Of a stretch of 64,000 nt of DNA, positions 20,242-30,297 are shown one piece after another. A model generated the notes under the pieces. The model saw only the letters and a program-made list of their open reading frames with translations. It was not told the DNA's origin and made no database searches. The position numbers and the translations under genes were made by a program. The DNA lies in assembly GCA_021816845.1 (NCBI GenBank), contig JAKAWT010000002.1, positions 141,724 through 205,723 on the forward strand, read 5' to 3'. Numbering within the stretch: position 1 is the first letter of the stretch; every line of letters begins with the position of its first letter. Source of the stretch: a bacterium (GTDB lineage: Bacteria > Patescibacteriota > Dojkabacteria > JAKAPS01 > JAJZLI01).

Positions 20242-21768
20242 TTAGAATATTTGATAGTTCATCCCTAATTTGTCTATTGGTCCATTAGTTATATTCATTG
20301 CTCTTATATATATATCTATATATTTCCTTGCAGAATTCTCCCAAGAGAAATCTGTTTTCATTGCGGATTCTACTATTTTTCTCCATAACCCTATATTATT
20401 ATACTGATCTATCGCCCTTACTATCGTACCATATAAGGAATATGGATTATAATTATCAAATAAGAATCCATTACCAGAAATATTCTCCATATTAAAATCT
20501 GTAATAGAATCTGATAATCCACCTATGTTTCTTGCAATTGGAATACAACCATATCTCATTGATTCCATTTGTGTTATTCCTGATGGTTCAAATCTTGAAG
20601 GTATTAGTATCATATCGGCGCCAGAAAATACTTTTTTAGGCAAAATAAAATCAGCCATCAAATGAGTTCCAACCCTTTTTGGGTATTTCTTTTCTAATTT
20701 CTGAAAGTATGATATGTATCTCCCATCTCCACTTCCTATTATTACAAACTGTATATCTTTGTATTCTAGAAAAAGTGGATCCAGTATTTCTATTACAAGA
20801 TCTAATCCTTTCTGATCATCTAATCTTGTAACCATAGAAAGTATAGGGCCATTAGATTTTTCTAAGTCAAATTCTTTTTGTAGAGCAACTTTATTAATAT
20901 GTCTTTTTATTGAACTTCTCCAATCATAATTTTCTACAACATTTATGTCTGTTTCAGGATTCATATATGTATAATCTATACCATTCAATATCCCTACTAA
21001 TTTAGTTCTAACTTCCTTTAAAAGATGTTCTAGTCCTTCTGAGTATTCAGGAGTTAAAATTTCCTTGGAGTATTTTTCAGAAACTGTTGATACTATATCA
21101 GCATACATTATTGCCCTTCTCATAAAATTTTGTTTTTGTAATGCTGGATCAAACAAATCTGCTATCTCTCCTCTCCCATTATCAAAATCTAGATCATTGG
21201 TATTTTTATGATCAAATAATCCTTGATGTACTATATTGTGTATACTAAATACTGTAGATATCTTTGATAGTTTTGGGTCATCTTTATAATTTACTTTTAA
21301 CAAATTTGGGATGTGTCCTGTATGCCAATCTGCACAATTTATTACATCTGGAACCCATGTAGATATCTTTAGAAACTCCATTATTGATAATGATAAAAGA
21401 AGAAATCTGATATGATCATCAGAATATCCATATACATTTGATCTAGTTTCATAGAACTCCTTGTTCTCTATAAAATATACAATAGGTTCTTCTTCACTTT
21501 CTTGGTAAACTTTTATATTGCAAATTATATCTCTTTGTGATTGTGTTGGTATCTTCAATCCTTCATATAACATTTTAAGGGGATACCTTTCTTCGTCAAT
21601 ATTCCCATATTTAGGCATTATTATTCTTGCATCTACACCTTCTTTTTTTAATGCTTTTGTAAGAAAATATGATACCTGTCCAAGACCACCTACGCCAGCG
21701 TAAGGGTAAACTTCAGCAGAGGTATATAATAATTTTATATTGTTCCTAATTTTCATTAAAGAATTCAT
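20242..21768 (-). CDS. GT5 glycogen-synthase-like glycosyltransferase, paralog b
   Basis: N-terminal AGVGGLGQV (the KxGGL motif with Lys replaced). GT-B C-terminal half with SRFEPSGITQM. Confidence 0.7.
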   Translation of the reverse strand: MNSLMKIRNNIKLLYTSAEVYPYAGVGGLGQVSYFLTKALKKEGVDARIIMPKYGNIDEERYPLKMLYEGLKIPTQSQRDIICNIKVYQESEEEPIVYFIENKEFYETRSNVYGYSDDHIRFLLLSLSIMEFLKISTWVPDVINCADWHTGHIPNLLKVNYKDDPKLSKISTVFSIHNIVHQGLFDHKNTNDLDFDNGRGEIADLFDPALQKQNFMRRAIMYADIVSTVSEKYSKEILTPEYSEGLEHLLKEVRTKLVGILNGIDYTYMNPETDINVVENYDWRSSIKRHINKVALQKEFDLEKSNGPILSMVTRLDDQKGLDLVIEILDPLFLEYKDIQFVIIGSGDGRYISYFQKLEKKYPKRVGTHLMADFILPKKVFSGADMILIPSRFEPSGITQMESMRYGCIPIARNIGGLSDSITDFNMENISGNGFLFDNYNPYSLYGTIVRAIDQYNNIGLWRKIVESAMKTDFSWENSARKYIDIYIRAMNITNGPIDKLGMNYQIF

Positions 21769-22837
21769 TTTCTATTGCCTTTTTTGTATCTTCTGGAAAC
21801 CTATCTATCACAAATCTTCCCATCAATTCTGAATATGCAAGATCAGATTGACGAGGCATTATCATTATGTACATTCCAGCATTGGTTTTACTGTTTGTTC
21901 TTTTTCCTAAAAAATTAATATTTAAGCTTCTAATTCCAGCATTAACATCTTCTCCATCCTTATTTTTAAATTTCATTAAAGAAAGAGCTCTTAATACTTT
22001 ATACAGTATATTCGATAACTCTTCAATATAATCTTCATTTAATGAAAATAAATTTCCTATTTCTCTATTTTTTGCTTGTATTTGTATTTCATCTTTGAAT
22101 CTTGGTGAAAATGGCGTAAATACTATAAAATTATCTGTCTCATGTATGACTAGACTGCTAGATCTTAAAGCTTGATTATATAAATCTATATAGTCTACAC
22201 CCTTTTTGAAAAACTTATTTATGATATCCTCATATCTATCATATAAGGGAAAGAAACTATTTTTATATACAGCTCCAATCTGTGCATGTAAATGAGGTTG
22301 ACTTGCACCTGCAGGATATTTTTCTTTATCAGTACCAAAATTGATTCCTGCTGCAATCTGATTAACATTATCTTTTAGAGTAATTTCTTTAGATCTTTTT
22401 GATAATGCAGAAATGAGCCCAAATATGTGTTTTCTCTCTATATCTTTTATATCATCTATATGATCTTTCAAAACTATAAGATCATGAAATCCTGGATTGA
22501 ATGCAAAAGGATTTGGGGCTTGATAAACTCCCCATTCATCATACTCCACAATAGGGTGAGCAACATCATCAAGATTGTCAAATAAACAGTACCCTTCTTT
22601 GATATCTTCAGGTGTTTTAATATCTGGTTGTGGTCTTTTTGACCTAGAGTATGAAATTAAGGTTGAATGATTTAAAAAAGGATCTACCCTCTCAACTACT
22701 TGATCTGATACGACATTCCCTTTTAGTGTAACCTCTTCTTCAGTTTTCTTTACAAATTCTATAAAGTATGGAGGTGTTTCAGTTATAAGGCTCTGCTTAC
22801 TATCTTCGTTGCTATTAAAAGGTATTGATTTAATCAT
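21746..22837 (-). CDS. HIT-superfamily GalT-like hexose-1-phosphate nucleotidyltransferase / NDP-glucose phosphorylase
   Basis: HxHxQ active-site motif (PHLHAQIGA) typical of galactose-1-P uridylyltransferase branch-III HIT enzymes. Overlaps GT5b by 23 nt and is first gene of the minus-strand glycogen operon. Confidence 0.6.
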   Translation of the reverse strand: MIKSIPFNSNEDSKQSLITETPPYFIEFVKKTEEEVTLKGNVVSDQVVERVDPFLNHSTLISYSRSKRPQPDIKTPEDIKEGYCLFDNLDDVAHPIVEYDEWGVYQAPNPFAFNPGFHDLIVLKDHIDDIKDIERKHIFGLISALSKRSKEITLKDNVNQIAAGINFGTDKEKYPAGASQPHLHAQIGAVYKNSFFPLYDRYEDIINKFFKKGVDYIDLYNQALRSSSLVIHETDNFIVFTPFSPRFKDEIQIQAKNREIGNLFSLNEDYIEELSNILYKVLRALSLMKFKNKDGEDVNAGIRSLNINFLGKRTNSKTNAGMYIMIMPRQSDLAYSELMGRFVIDRFPEDTKKAIENEFFNEN

Positions 22838-22987
22838 GTGTTTATTAGGTTTTTGAATCTACTATTGCAAGATTAATATAACAGATTTAGAATCATTGTA
22901 CAATAATTATTTAATGTAATGTTAATTATTTTTAAATATAAAATAATTATATGTTCACCAATATATTATAGCGAGTAAAGTAATAGG

Positions 22988-23632
22988 ATGGTTATTAAAA
23001 AATATTTTTTAAGTATAGTTCTAATCACAGCATTATTTCTGTATTTGATGCCTCTATCCTTATATGCTGCTTCTAACAATAATATCCCTTTAAATACTGT
23101 TTCAGTAGGTACATTAGGTGGTGCAGTCCAAAGTGGTAACGTCACAGTATCTTTTCCATCTAATGAATTTCCGGTTAGTGAAAATGTAGCCTTATCACCT
23201 GTGGGTAATAGTTTTCTACCAGAGTCAGTTCCTTATGTAGTTGAGTCTTTTAGTATTTCAGTTGGATCTGATGGTCCACTTAATAGTAGGGATTTGACAT
23301 TACCAAGAGAGATACAGATACAAGTTACTCACGTACACGCAGCATATCTATATATATGGGATGCAATACGAAACAGATGGTTTCTCCTTACTAACGTACA
23401 ATATAAAAATAATACAGTCACAGGATATACACTTATGAGAGGGGGAACTTTTATAGCAACAAGCCAAGAATTATCTTCTTCATTTGCATCAAACAGTCCA
23501 ATATCCCAGTCTACTAATTCTACTAATGTTCCGATATATGATGGATTTGGATCAATAATAAAATATACTGCAATAGTTATTGTTATATTTGTAATTATTG
23601 GATTTTTCTATTATAGGAGGAGAAAAAATTAA
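22988..23632 (+). CDS. Secreted/tail-anchored hypothetical protein
   Basis: Signal peptide (LITALFLYLMPLSLYAAS), C-terminal TM (AIVIVIFVIIGFFYY) plus RRRKN tail. Confidence 0.5.
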   Translation: MVIKKYFLSIVLITALFLYLMPLSLYAASNNNIPLNTVSVGTLGGAVQSGNVTVSFPSNEFPVSENVALSPVGNSFLPESVPYVVESFSISVGSDGPLNSRDLTLPREIQIQVTHVHAAYLYIWDAIRNRWFLLTNVQYKNNTVTGYTLMRGGTFIATSQELSSSFASNSPISQSTNSTNVPIYDGFGSIIKYTAIVIVIFVIIGFFYYRRRKN

Positions 23633-23639
23633 AAAAATA

Positions 23640-24308
23640 CTATCTGGTGTCCTTAACCCCAATTTTTGGACAAATATCTTTTAATATACATTCATTACAT
23701 TTAGGATTTTGAGCTATACATGTAGCTCTGCCATGCGCTATTATCAAATCAGAGAAGTGTAGATAAGAAGATTTTTCAACAATTTTATTTAAAACAATTT
23801 CTATCTTTAAAGCTGATTTACTCTTTATCAATTTCTTTCCTATTAGTCCTAATCTTCCGGATAGTCTGATCATATGCGTGTCAACAACAACCCCAGTATT
23901 AAAAGAGAAAGCATTCATCAAGACAACATTTGCAGTTTTCCTTCCTATACCTGGTAATTTTACTAATATATCCATACTCTCAGGAACTTTTCCATCATAA
24001 TGGTCTACAATAACAGTTGCTAAGTTTTTTATATTTTTTGCTTTATTTTTATAAAAACCAGTAGAATATATATCTTTTTGAAGCTCATCTATATTGGCAT
24101 TTTTAAAATCTAGAGGTGTTTTGTATTTTTTAAATAAATCTTTTGTAACAATATTAACCCTTTTATCTGTACATTGGGCAGATAAAATTGTTGCTATTAA
24201 AAGTTCAAATGGATTTTTAAAATTTAAAGAAATTTTGGCATTAGGGTATAAAATATCTAATCTTGTTATTATTTCTTTAATATATTCTTTTTTATTTTTT
24301 ATCATCAT
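23640..24308 (-). CDS. nth: Endonuclease III (DNA glycosylase/AP lyase)
   Basis: HhH-GPD motif LVKLPGIGRKTANVV with catalytic Lys. C-terminal 4Fe-4S Cys cluster CIAQNPKCNECILKDICP. Confidence 0.85.
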   Translation of the reverse strand: MMIKNKKEYIKEIITRLDILYPNAKISLNFKNPFELLIATILSAQCTDKRVNIVTKDLFKKYKTPLDFKNANIDELQKDIYSTGFYKNKAKNIKNLATVIVDHYDGKVPESMDILVKLPGIGRKTANVVLMNAFSFNTGVVVDTHMIRLSGRLGLIGKKLIKSKSALKIEIVLNKIVEKSSYLHFSDLIIAHGRATCIAQNPKCNECILKDICPKIGVKDTR

Positions 24309-24335
24309 AATACTTTAGGATCTAAATTATGTAAT

Positions 24336-24554
24336 CTAGATCTTGGATATAATATATATGATTATTGTTAATATTATAGATAGCAATATAGAGAAAGTTA
24401 AGGGAAAATAAAAATTAAAATCTCCTTTTTTAAAAACAAAATTACCTGGAATATCATTCCAAATATTAGGAATGTGCGATTTTTCAGCAAGATAAAGTAC
24501 TATTCCTACTATAGTTATAAATAATCCTATGACTATGAATATTTTACCATACAT
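24336..24554 (-). CDS. Small two-TM membrane protein (DUF2905-like)
   Basis: 72 aa with two hydrophobic helices flanking a NFVFKKGDFNFYFP loop. Confidence 0.4.
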   Translation of the reverse strand: MYGKIFIVIGLFITIVGIVLYLAEKSHIPNIWNDIPGNFVFKKGDFNFYFPLTFSILLSIILTIIIYIISKI

Positions 24555-24569
24555 AACATTATTATAACA

Positions 24570-24938
24570 TTATGCAACTATAAAAATGGATATAAGTAGT
24601 ATTATAAATACAGTTAAAGTAGTTATAGATAATATATAATCTTTATTTTTTAAAAATAGAAAAATTGACAGTAACACTCTTGTAACTGGAGTAATGATCA
24701 AAATTATAATAGGAATAAATAACAAAGTTAAAAATGAAAAGTGTCCAAATATAAAATTCAGAAAAGTGAAAGTATTTTGATAAGATCCTGTGTAATAATT
24801 CACACTACCTCTAATAAATATTAAAATAAGATCAATCAGTGCTAAAGATATACTTATCAACACTCCAGTTCTAAGTGTATAACCTATTATTATTTCCATA
24901 TCTTTATTTCTAGGTTTATCAACTTTCGATTTATTCAT
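24570..24938 (-). CDS. Small membrane protein (DUF1634-like), partner of TauE/SafE
   Basis: 122 aa, multi-TM. Overlaps the upstream TauE gene stop by 4 nt. This family commonly accompanies DUF81/TauE. Confidence 0.4.
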   Translation of the reverse strand: MNKSKVDKPRNKDMEIIIGYTLRTGVLISISLALIDLILIFIRGSVNYYTGSYQNTFTFLNFIFGHFSFLTLLFIPIIILIITPVTRVLLSIFLFLKNKDYILSITTLTVFIILLISIFIVA

Positions 24939-25771
24939 AATATATTCATTGCTCTTAAAATCATTTCTATTGCTATAACTAATATAACTAATATAAATAT
25001 TTTCTTTAAATATACATTAGATGTGTTACCAATTAATTTAGTTCCATAATATGATCCCACAAATACACCAATCATTACAGGTATTGCAATATATGGATCT
25101 ATGTATCCATTTATAAGATATATGAATGCACTGGCAGCTGCAGTCACACCAATCATCATGTTAGATGTTGTAGTTGATACTTTCATCGGAAGTTTCATAA
25201 CATCATCTAAGGCCAAAACTTTAAACACTCCACTCCCTATTCCCAAAAGTCCAGATATTAATCCGGCTATATACATTATTACAAACCCTCCTGGTATATT
25301 TGTTACATTGTAGTGCAAAGTTTTATTTTGTTTTTTATCATAATATGATGATGATAATTTTAAATAGTTCGCAATATTATCATTTTTAACATTTTCATCA
25401 ACTTCTTGATCCCTATTTTTTAAGAGAGGAAGTATTGATATTAAAAGAACAAATGCAAATATATAAAGTAAAACAGTAGTATTTAATATACCCATGATTT
25501 CTGCTCCAGTTATTGCTCCTATAGTTGTTGCAATCTCTAAAAGCATGCCTACTCTTATGTTTATTATTTTATCTTTTAGATAAACTGATGCAGCAGAAGA
25601 AGATGTTGCTATTACAGATATGATGCTTGCTCCAATAGCAATTTTAATATTTATATGAAATATGAGGATAAGAATAGGTATTATTACAATTCCACCACCA
25701 ATTCCTACTAATGCTCCTATAATGCCTGCAAGGATGGAAAATACAATTATCCCAAAATAAAAAATTAACAT
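24935..25771 (-). CDS. TauE/SafE (TSUP, DUF81) family sulfite/anion exporter
   Basis: Duplicated 4-TM halves with glycine-rich motifs (LVGIGGGIVIIPIL ... LLGIGSGVFKV). Confidence 0.7.
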   Translation of the reverse strand: MLIFYFGIIVFSILAGIIGALVGIGGGIVIIPILILIFHINIKIAIGASIISVIATSSSAASVYLKDKIINIRVGMLLEIATTIGAITGAEIMGILNTTVLLYIFAFVLLISILPLLKNRDQEVDENVKNDNIANYLKLSSSYYDKKQNKTLHYNVTNIPGGFVIMYIAGLISGLLGIGSGVFKVLALDDVMKLPMKVSTTTSNMMIGVTAAASAFIYLINGYIDPYIAIPVMIGVFVGSYYGTKLIGNTSNVYLKKIFILVILVIAIEMILRAMNIL

Positions 25772-25802
25772 AACAATATATTAAACGTTATTATTGATGA
25801 TT

Positions 25803-28541
25803 TCAAATATGATTAATATTAAAAATATTATAATTCGTATTAATATCATACTTCATAAAAATGTTAAGTGTTTCAACTGATTGTTTTAGTCTCCCTGTCT
25901 TGAAATATAATAGAGATAAAATAGCGTTATTATTATCTAGATTATTTGTGAAATATACCATGTTATTACCGTAGAAATTAGTTTGAAATATTATTTTTTG
26001 ATTATATATTTGTTTTTGTATTTTATTATTATGAATCTCAAAATATGGTATCAATGCTGCATATAAAACCAATGATTCTTGATAATCACGTATTTGACCA
26101 TTTATTGAATACTGTGAAAATATTATGTGAGAATCATTCCATTGATTAATGAAAAATTTAGTTTTCTTAATATAATTATATGCTTCCTTACTATTATTTA
26201 AATAATAGTCTAGACCAGCGTTCCATAATACCTGATAAGCATCAAGAGCAAATCTAGTTGAAATATTTGACTCACCAAATCTTCCATTATTGTTAATAAT
26301 ACAGTAATTCACTGGTAAGTATATATTTTTATTATTTAGTGTAGAACAATTATTTATAACTCTATATGATGTATTTACTATGTTACTCCAGTCGTGTGAA
26401 GGATCAACAAAAGCAAAAATCCTGTATTGGTAAGGAGCTAAATATGAAGGATTGAGTATGTAGGAATTATTATTCTTAGCCCAATCACCAGCGATGACAT
26501 ATCTTTGATTATTTATTTTGACGGTTTCATTTTTCCATATGCTATTTAGGATAGCTTTTGCCTTAATAATATAATAGCTTTTTCTCCACTTATATGCTGC
26601 TAATATTAATGAATATGCAATATTTTGATCTGCATTTACAGAAGATTTTGTATTTATAACTCCATAACTTCCATTTGCATGTTTTCCCCATGAACTCACA
26701 AAAAGATTGTAATGTGGTGCTGAAGCATCTCCAGTCTTAGTCATATTTCCATATGTCCAATTTAAGATATTATTAAACATATTTTGTTTATTCATATATA
26801 AAGTATTTAGGAGTGCATATGATTGGAATTTGGAGGAAGTGATATTTGATTTTGTAGAAACATTGCCTATATAGTTTAAATATTTAATTTTGTAATATGA
26901 CCAAAATTCATTTAAAATTAAATTTTCTGTATCTAAGTTTGACTTGTAATATATGTTACTAGTTAATTTACCTGTTAACACGGGTATATTAGTCATATTT
27001 ATATTATTTTCTAAAGTAAATGTTTTAACTTTAGTTTTATTAAATTTTAGAATCTCATAATCTTTGTTATTTATAATTTTGTAATAATAATTGTAAAAAT
27101 TTTTATCAGATATCCCATATAATTGAGATTTTGGATAATGTTTATTAATTATAATATAATTAGTATAAATCCATGGTTCCTTTGTGAGATATTTGTTGTT
27201 ATTGATTTCATTTGTTGTTATTAAAAATTTATAATTTATTTTTATATTTTGTAATAATTCTGAATCATCATTAATATTTGCAAGGACGAATCCACTTTTA
27301 TAATCTTTTTGAAATTTATCTACTGTAGTTTTGAAATAACTTCCATAATTATGTTTATATATTTTATTATGGTTGTTTAAATAATAAGATTGATATTCTA
27401 TATTTAATAATGAGAATATAATCACTAATATAAACAATGTGTATTTAAAATATCTTTTTAGATATATATTATTTTTATAATCTATTGATGCAAAAAATAT
27501 TGCTGGAGGAATCGCAATAAATGGAAGTAGTAGCAAAGTTAATTCTCTGTTTGGATTTTGTAAAAATATAGATAATACTAAAAATAATAATGGTATTAAA
27601 ACTAGTATCAATATGATTATTGAGTTATGTTTGTTAGTTTTTTTTATCCTAAAGAAAAAGCATGCATAAGAAAATATTGAAAGTATAATAAAGAATAGTC
27701 CATATATTGAGACTATATTTTCTGCCAAATGAATTAGATTTATTAATATATTTTGTGAATTTATTACTAGATTATAGTTGATGTTTCCAATGAAATTTTT
27801 ATAAATATAATAGTTATAAATTAATATATACAATATTGGTATTATTGCAATAAACAAGAATAGTATAATTGTTGCTTCAATTTTTTTAATGTCTTCGTAT
27901 TTACATTTTTTTTCAAAGTAAATAAATAATGGGATTATAATTATATATATTATTGATATAATATTTAATAGAATTAATCCTGCAGTTAAAACACTTATTA
28001 GGAATAATTTCATCTTTCTATTAGTATTATTCCATGTTATTAGATAATAGAAGAGCATTATGGATAGCAATGAGTAAATTATAAAATGTGACCCTGAAGA
28101 AACAAAATATAATATATTGGGATTGAATGTAATTATTAAAGATGATAGTAACCCAGCAATTTTATTTTTAGTTATATATTTTATTAGAATATATAAATAT
28201 ACATTCAAAATTGAAAAAAATATTATATTTGGTATTGCTAAAGAAATTCCCGAATTTAATAAATATTGATTTATAGAAAATATTGAGAATATTATATTAT
28301 ATAGTAAGTGATAAGATCCTAATTGTAGTGACCCAGTATAAATTTTATCTAAGAAAATTTTAGTATTTTCTAATTGTATGTTTGAATAATTGCTTAAAAT
28401 TAGTAAATTACTCTTTACTAAAAAATATGTATAAAATGAGGATATTAGAAAAGAATATATAAATATAATCCTCTTTATAGGTGATTTGTTAATATTTAAT
28501 TTTTTTGAACTTAATTCTTTAATTTTATATGCTATATTCAT
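25803..28541 (-). CDS. Large polytopic membrane protein with C-terminal extracytoplasmic GH8-like (BcsZ-type endoglucanase) domain
   Basis: About 14 TM helices in the first 400 aa. C-terminal about 350 aa contain GH8-like motifs (SSWGKHANGSYGV; NADQNIAYSLILAAYKW; ILNPSYLAPYQYRIFA). Start overlaps the stop of the upstream GT2 by 4 nt. Confidence 0.5.
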   Translation of the reverse strand: MNIAYKIKELSSKKLNINKSPIKRIIFIYSFLISSFYTYFLVKSNLLILSNYSNIQLENTKIFLDKIYTGSLQLGSYHLLYNIIFSIFSINQYLLNSGISLAIPNIIFFSILNVYLYILIKYITKNKIAGLLSSLIITFNPNILYFVSSGSHFIIYSLLSIMLFYYLITWNNTNRKMKLFLISVLTAGLILLNIISIIYIIIIPLFIYFEKKCKYEDIKKIEATIILFLFIAIIPILYILIYNYYIYKNFIGNINYNLVINSQNILINLIHLAENIVSIYGLFFIILSIFSYACFFFRIKKTNKHNSIIILILVLIPLLFLVLSIFLQNPNRELTLLLLPFIAIPPAIFFASIDYKNNIYLKRYFKYTLFILVIIFSLLNIEYQSYYLNNHNKIYKHNYGSYFKTTVDKFQKDYKSGFVLANINDDSELLQNIKINYKFLITTNEINNNKYLTKEPWIYTNYIIINKHYPKSQLYGISDKNFYNYYYKIINNKDYEILKFNKTKVKTFTLENNINMTNIPVLTGKLTSNIYYKSNLDTENLILNEFWSYYKIKYLNYIGNVSTKSNITSSKFQSYALLNTLYMNKQNMFNNILNWTYGNMTKTGDASAPHYNLFVSSWGKHANGSYGVINTKSSVNADQNIAYSLILAAYKWRKSYYIIKAKAILNSIWKNETVKINNQRYVIAGDWAKNNNSYILNPSYLAPYQYRIFAFVDPSHDWSNIVNTSYRVINNCSTLNNKNIYLPVNYCIINNNGRFGESNISTRFALDAYQVLWNAGLDYYLNNSKEAYNYIKKTKFFINQWNDSHIIFSQYSINGQIRDYQESLVLYAALIPYFEIHNNKIQKQIYNQKIIFQTNFYGNNMVYFTNNLDNNNAILSLLYFKTGRLKQSVETLNIFMKYDINTNYNIFNINHI

Positions 28542-30064
28542 TTGTTCACAAGATTTACAATAGGAATTAATGTCTTATTTTCATTTATAATATGCTTTCC
28601 ATGAGTAGTTTTTTCCCAAGAGTAAGGATTGATCACAATTTGATACATGGCTCTAATAGTAGCTATAGAAAGTACTATCCAGTAAATTGGAGATAAAAGT
28701 ATATATTTAACAATTGAAAATCTATCTCTAGAATATGATCCTATCAAATTTAGATATGTAAAGATCAAGTTACCCAGTACAAATGATATAATAGAGATAA
28801 TAAGTATCGGTTCTGGGAAGGATTCCTTAATAAGTGGTGATGATGTGATAAACCATATTAGAAGTAGTACCCAATAAATAAAATTAAATGCATTTACAAT
28901 AACTGTTCCAGGGACTGTTATTAGAAATCCAATAAAATTTTTCCATCCTCCAAGTTCATTTTTAGTTCTTATAGGTTCTCTTAGGTTAACTATACTAGTT
29001 TGTATGAACCCTTTCATCCATCTTGTCCTTTGTTTGATCCAACTATTTATATCTGACGTTGCTTCCTCTTTACTCATAGAATCTAATATACTTGTTCTAT
29101 AACCATTTCTCCTTAATCTAATACCTATATCACAGTCTTCTGCTACATTATAAGGATCCCAACCTCCTATATCTTTTATTGCAGATATTCTAAAGTGTGT
29201 ACTATGGCCTGATAAAGGGATTGGAAAATCAAATTTTTGTAATCCAGGTAAGAATAAATCATAGTAAAATGAAAATTCGCTATTGAATAAACCAGTTATT
29301 ATATTTTGATCTGCATTATAATGATCTAATCTTGTTTGAAAACATGCAATGTCTGGTTTCTTTAAGAATGCTAAATATGCTTTTTTAAGTTGATTTTTAT
29401 CTGGGATTATTTCCGCATCATAAATTACTAAAAACTCTCCTTTTAATTCTTGTAATGCTACATTTAAAGCTTTGGGTTTAGTTTTGGGTTCTACATTTGG
29501 TAGTATAAGTTTTCTAAAATTAGATGGGAAGTTTGCCCTATCTATTGCAGCTATAGTCTCATCATCATATTCTTCTAATGTTATTATAAATTCTACTTTG
29601 TCTTTAGGATAATCAATATCCATCATAGCTTTTTTGATTTGGTTAACAACCTCACTTTCTTTATATAATGGTATAATTACTGAATAATATGGTAAATCAT
29701 TCTCATTGATTAAGCCTATATCTTTATTAGATATATGTATAAAATCTGTTGTCTTAGATTTTAATACTACAATCACTTTGAAAATCATGAAAATGAAATA
29801 AGTTATTGCTATAAATGACGAGATATATATGTATATAGAAATATTACTGAAGTATGATAACAATGTTAAAGAAATTAATATTATGGCAATAATTATAGCT
29901 AAATTTTCTATTGGTTCTTTGTAAATATGTCTTTTTGAAGAATAGATTAATGGTAAATATAAATAATCTTGAGTATTTTTATAATTTACTGTATAGAATT
30001 TTTCTAGTCTAGGAATAGACATTATTTTTTTTACTATATTCTTTAGATTATTATATATAACCAT
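28538..30064 (-). CDS. Processive family-2 glycosyltransferase (cellulose/chitin/hyaluronan-synthase-like beta-glycan synthase)
   Basis: N-terminal TMs, GT-A core with DAE (D,D,D) motifs and the processive-synthase signature QRTRW (QxxRW), then C-terminal TM bundle. No PilZ domain evident. Confidence 0.7.
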   Translation of the reverse strand: MVIYNNLKNIVKKIMSIPRLEKFYTVNYKNTQDYLYLPLIYSSKRHIYKEPIENLAIIIAIILISLTLLSYFSNISIYIYISSFIAITYFIFMIFKVIVVLKSKTTDFIHISNKDIGLINENDLPYYSVIIPLYKESEVVNQIKKAMMDIDYPKDKVEFIITLEEYDDETIAAIDRANFPSNFRKLILPNVEPKTKPKALNVALQELKGEFLVIYDAEIIPDKNQLKKAYLAFLKKPDIACFQTRLDHYNADQNIITGLFNSEFSFYYDLFLPGLQKFDFPIPLSGHSTHFRISAIKDIGGWDPYNVAEDCDIGIRLRRNGYRTSILDSMSKEEATSDINSWIKQRTRWMKGFIQTSIVNLREPIRTKNELGGWKNFIGFLITVPGTVIVNAFNFIYWVLLLIWFITSSPLIKESFPEPILIISIISFVLGNLIFTYLNLIGSYSRDRFSIVKYILLSPIYWIVLSIATIRAMYQIVINPYSWEKTTHGKHIINENKTLIPIVNLVNK

Positions 30065-30297
30065 TTTCTATAAGGTAGTAATACATAGATATATTATTAT
30101 TTATACAATATAAATTAATATTTAGTAATAAACAATAAGTCGTAATTATATATTATTATGAGATAAAATTCAACCTTGTATTATATATAATAAGTGGCCA
30201 TAAATATGAAATCTGTTTTTCAGAATATATATTTATTAGTTTCAATTGATTATTTTAAAAATTGAGATTTTAGAATATTGATTATATAGTGAATATA

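Noticed and set aside
21746-22837. Classical Leloir galT call
   Set aside because: No galK/galE neighbours. The gene overlaps and leads a glycogen operon, so a generic hexose-1-P nucleotidyltransferase/phosphorylase call is safer.
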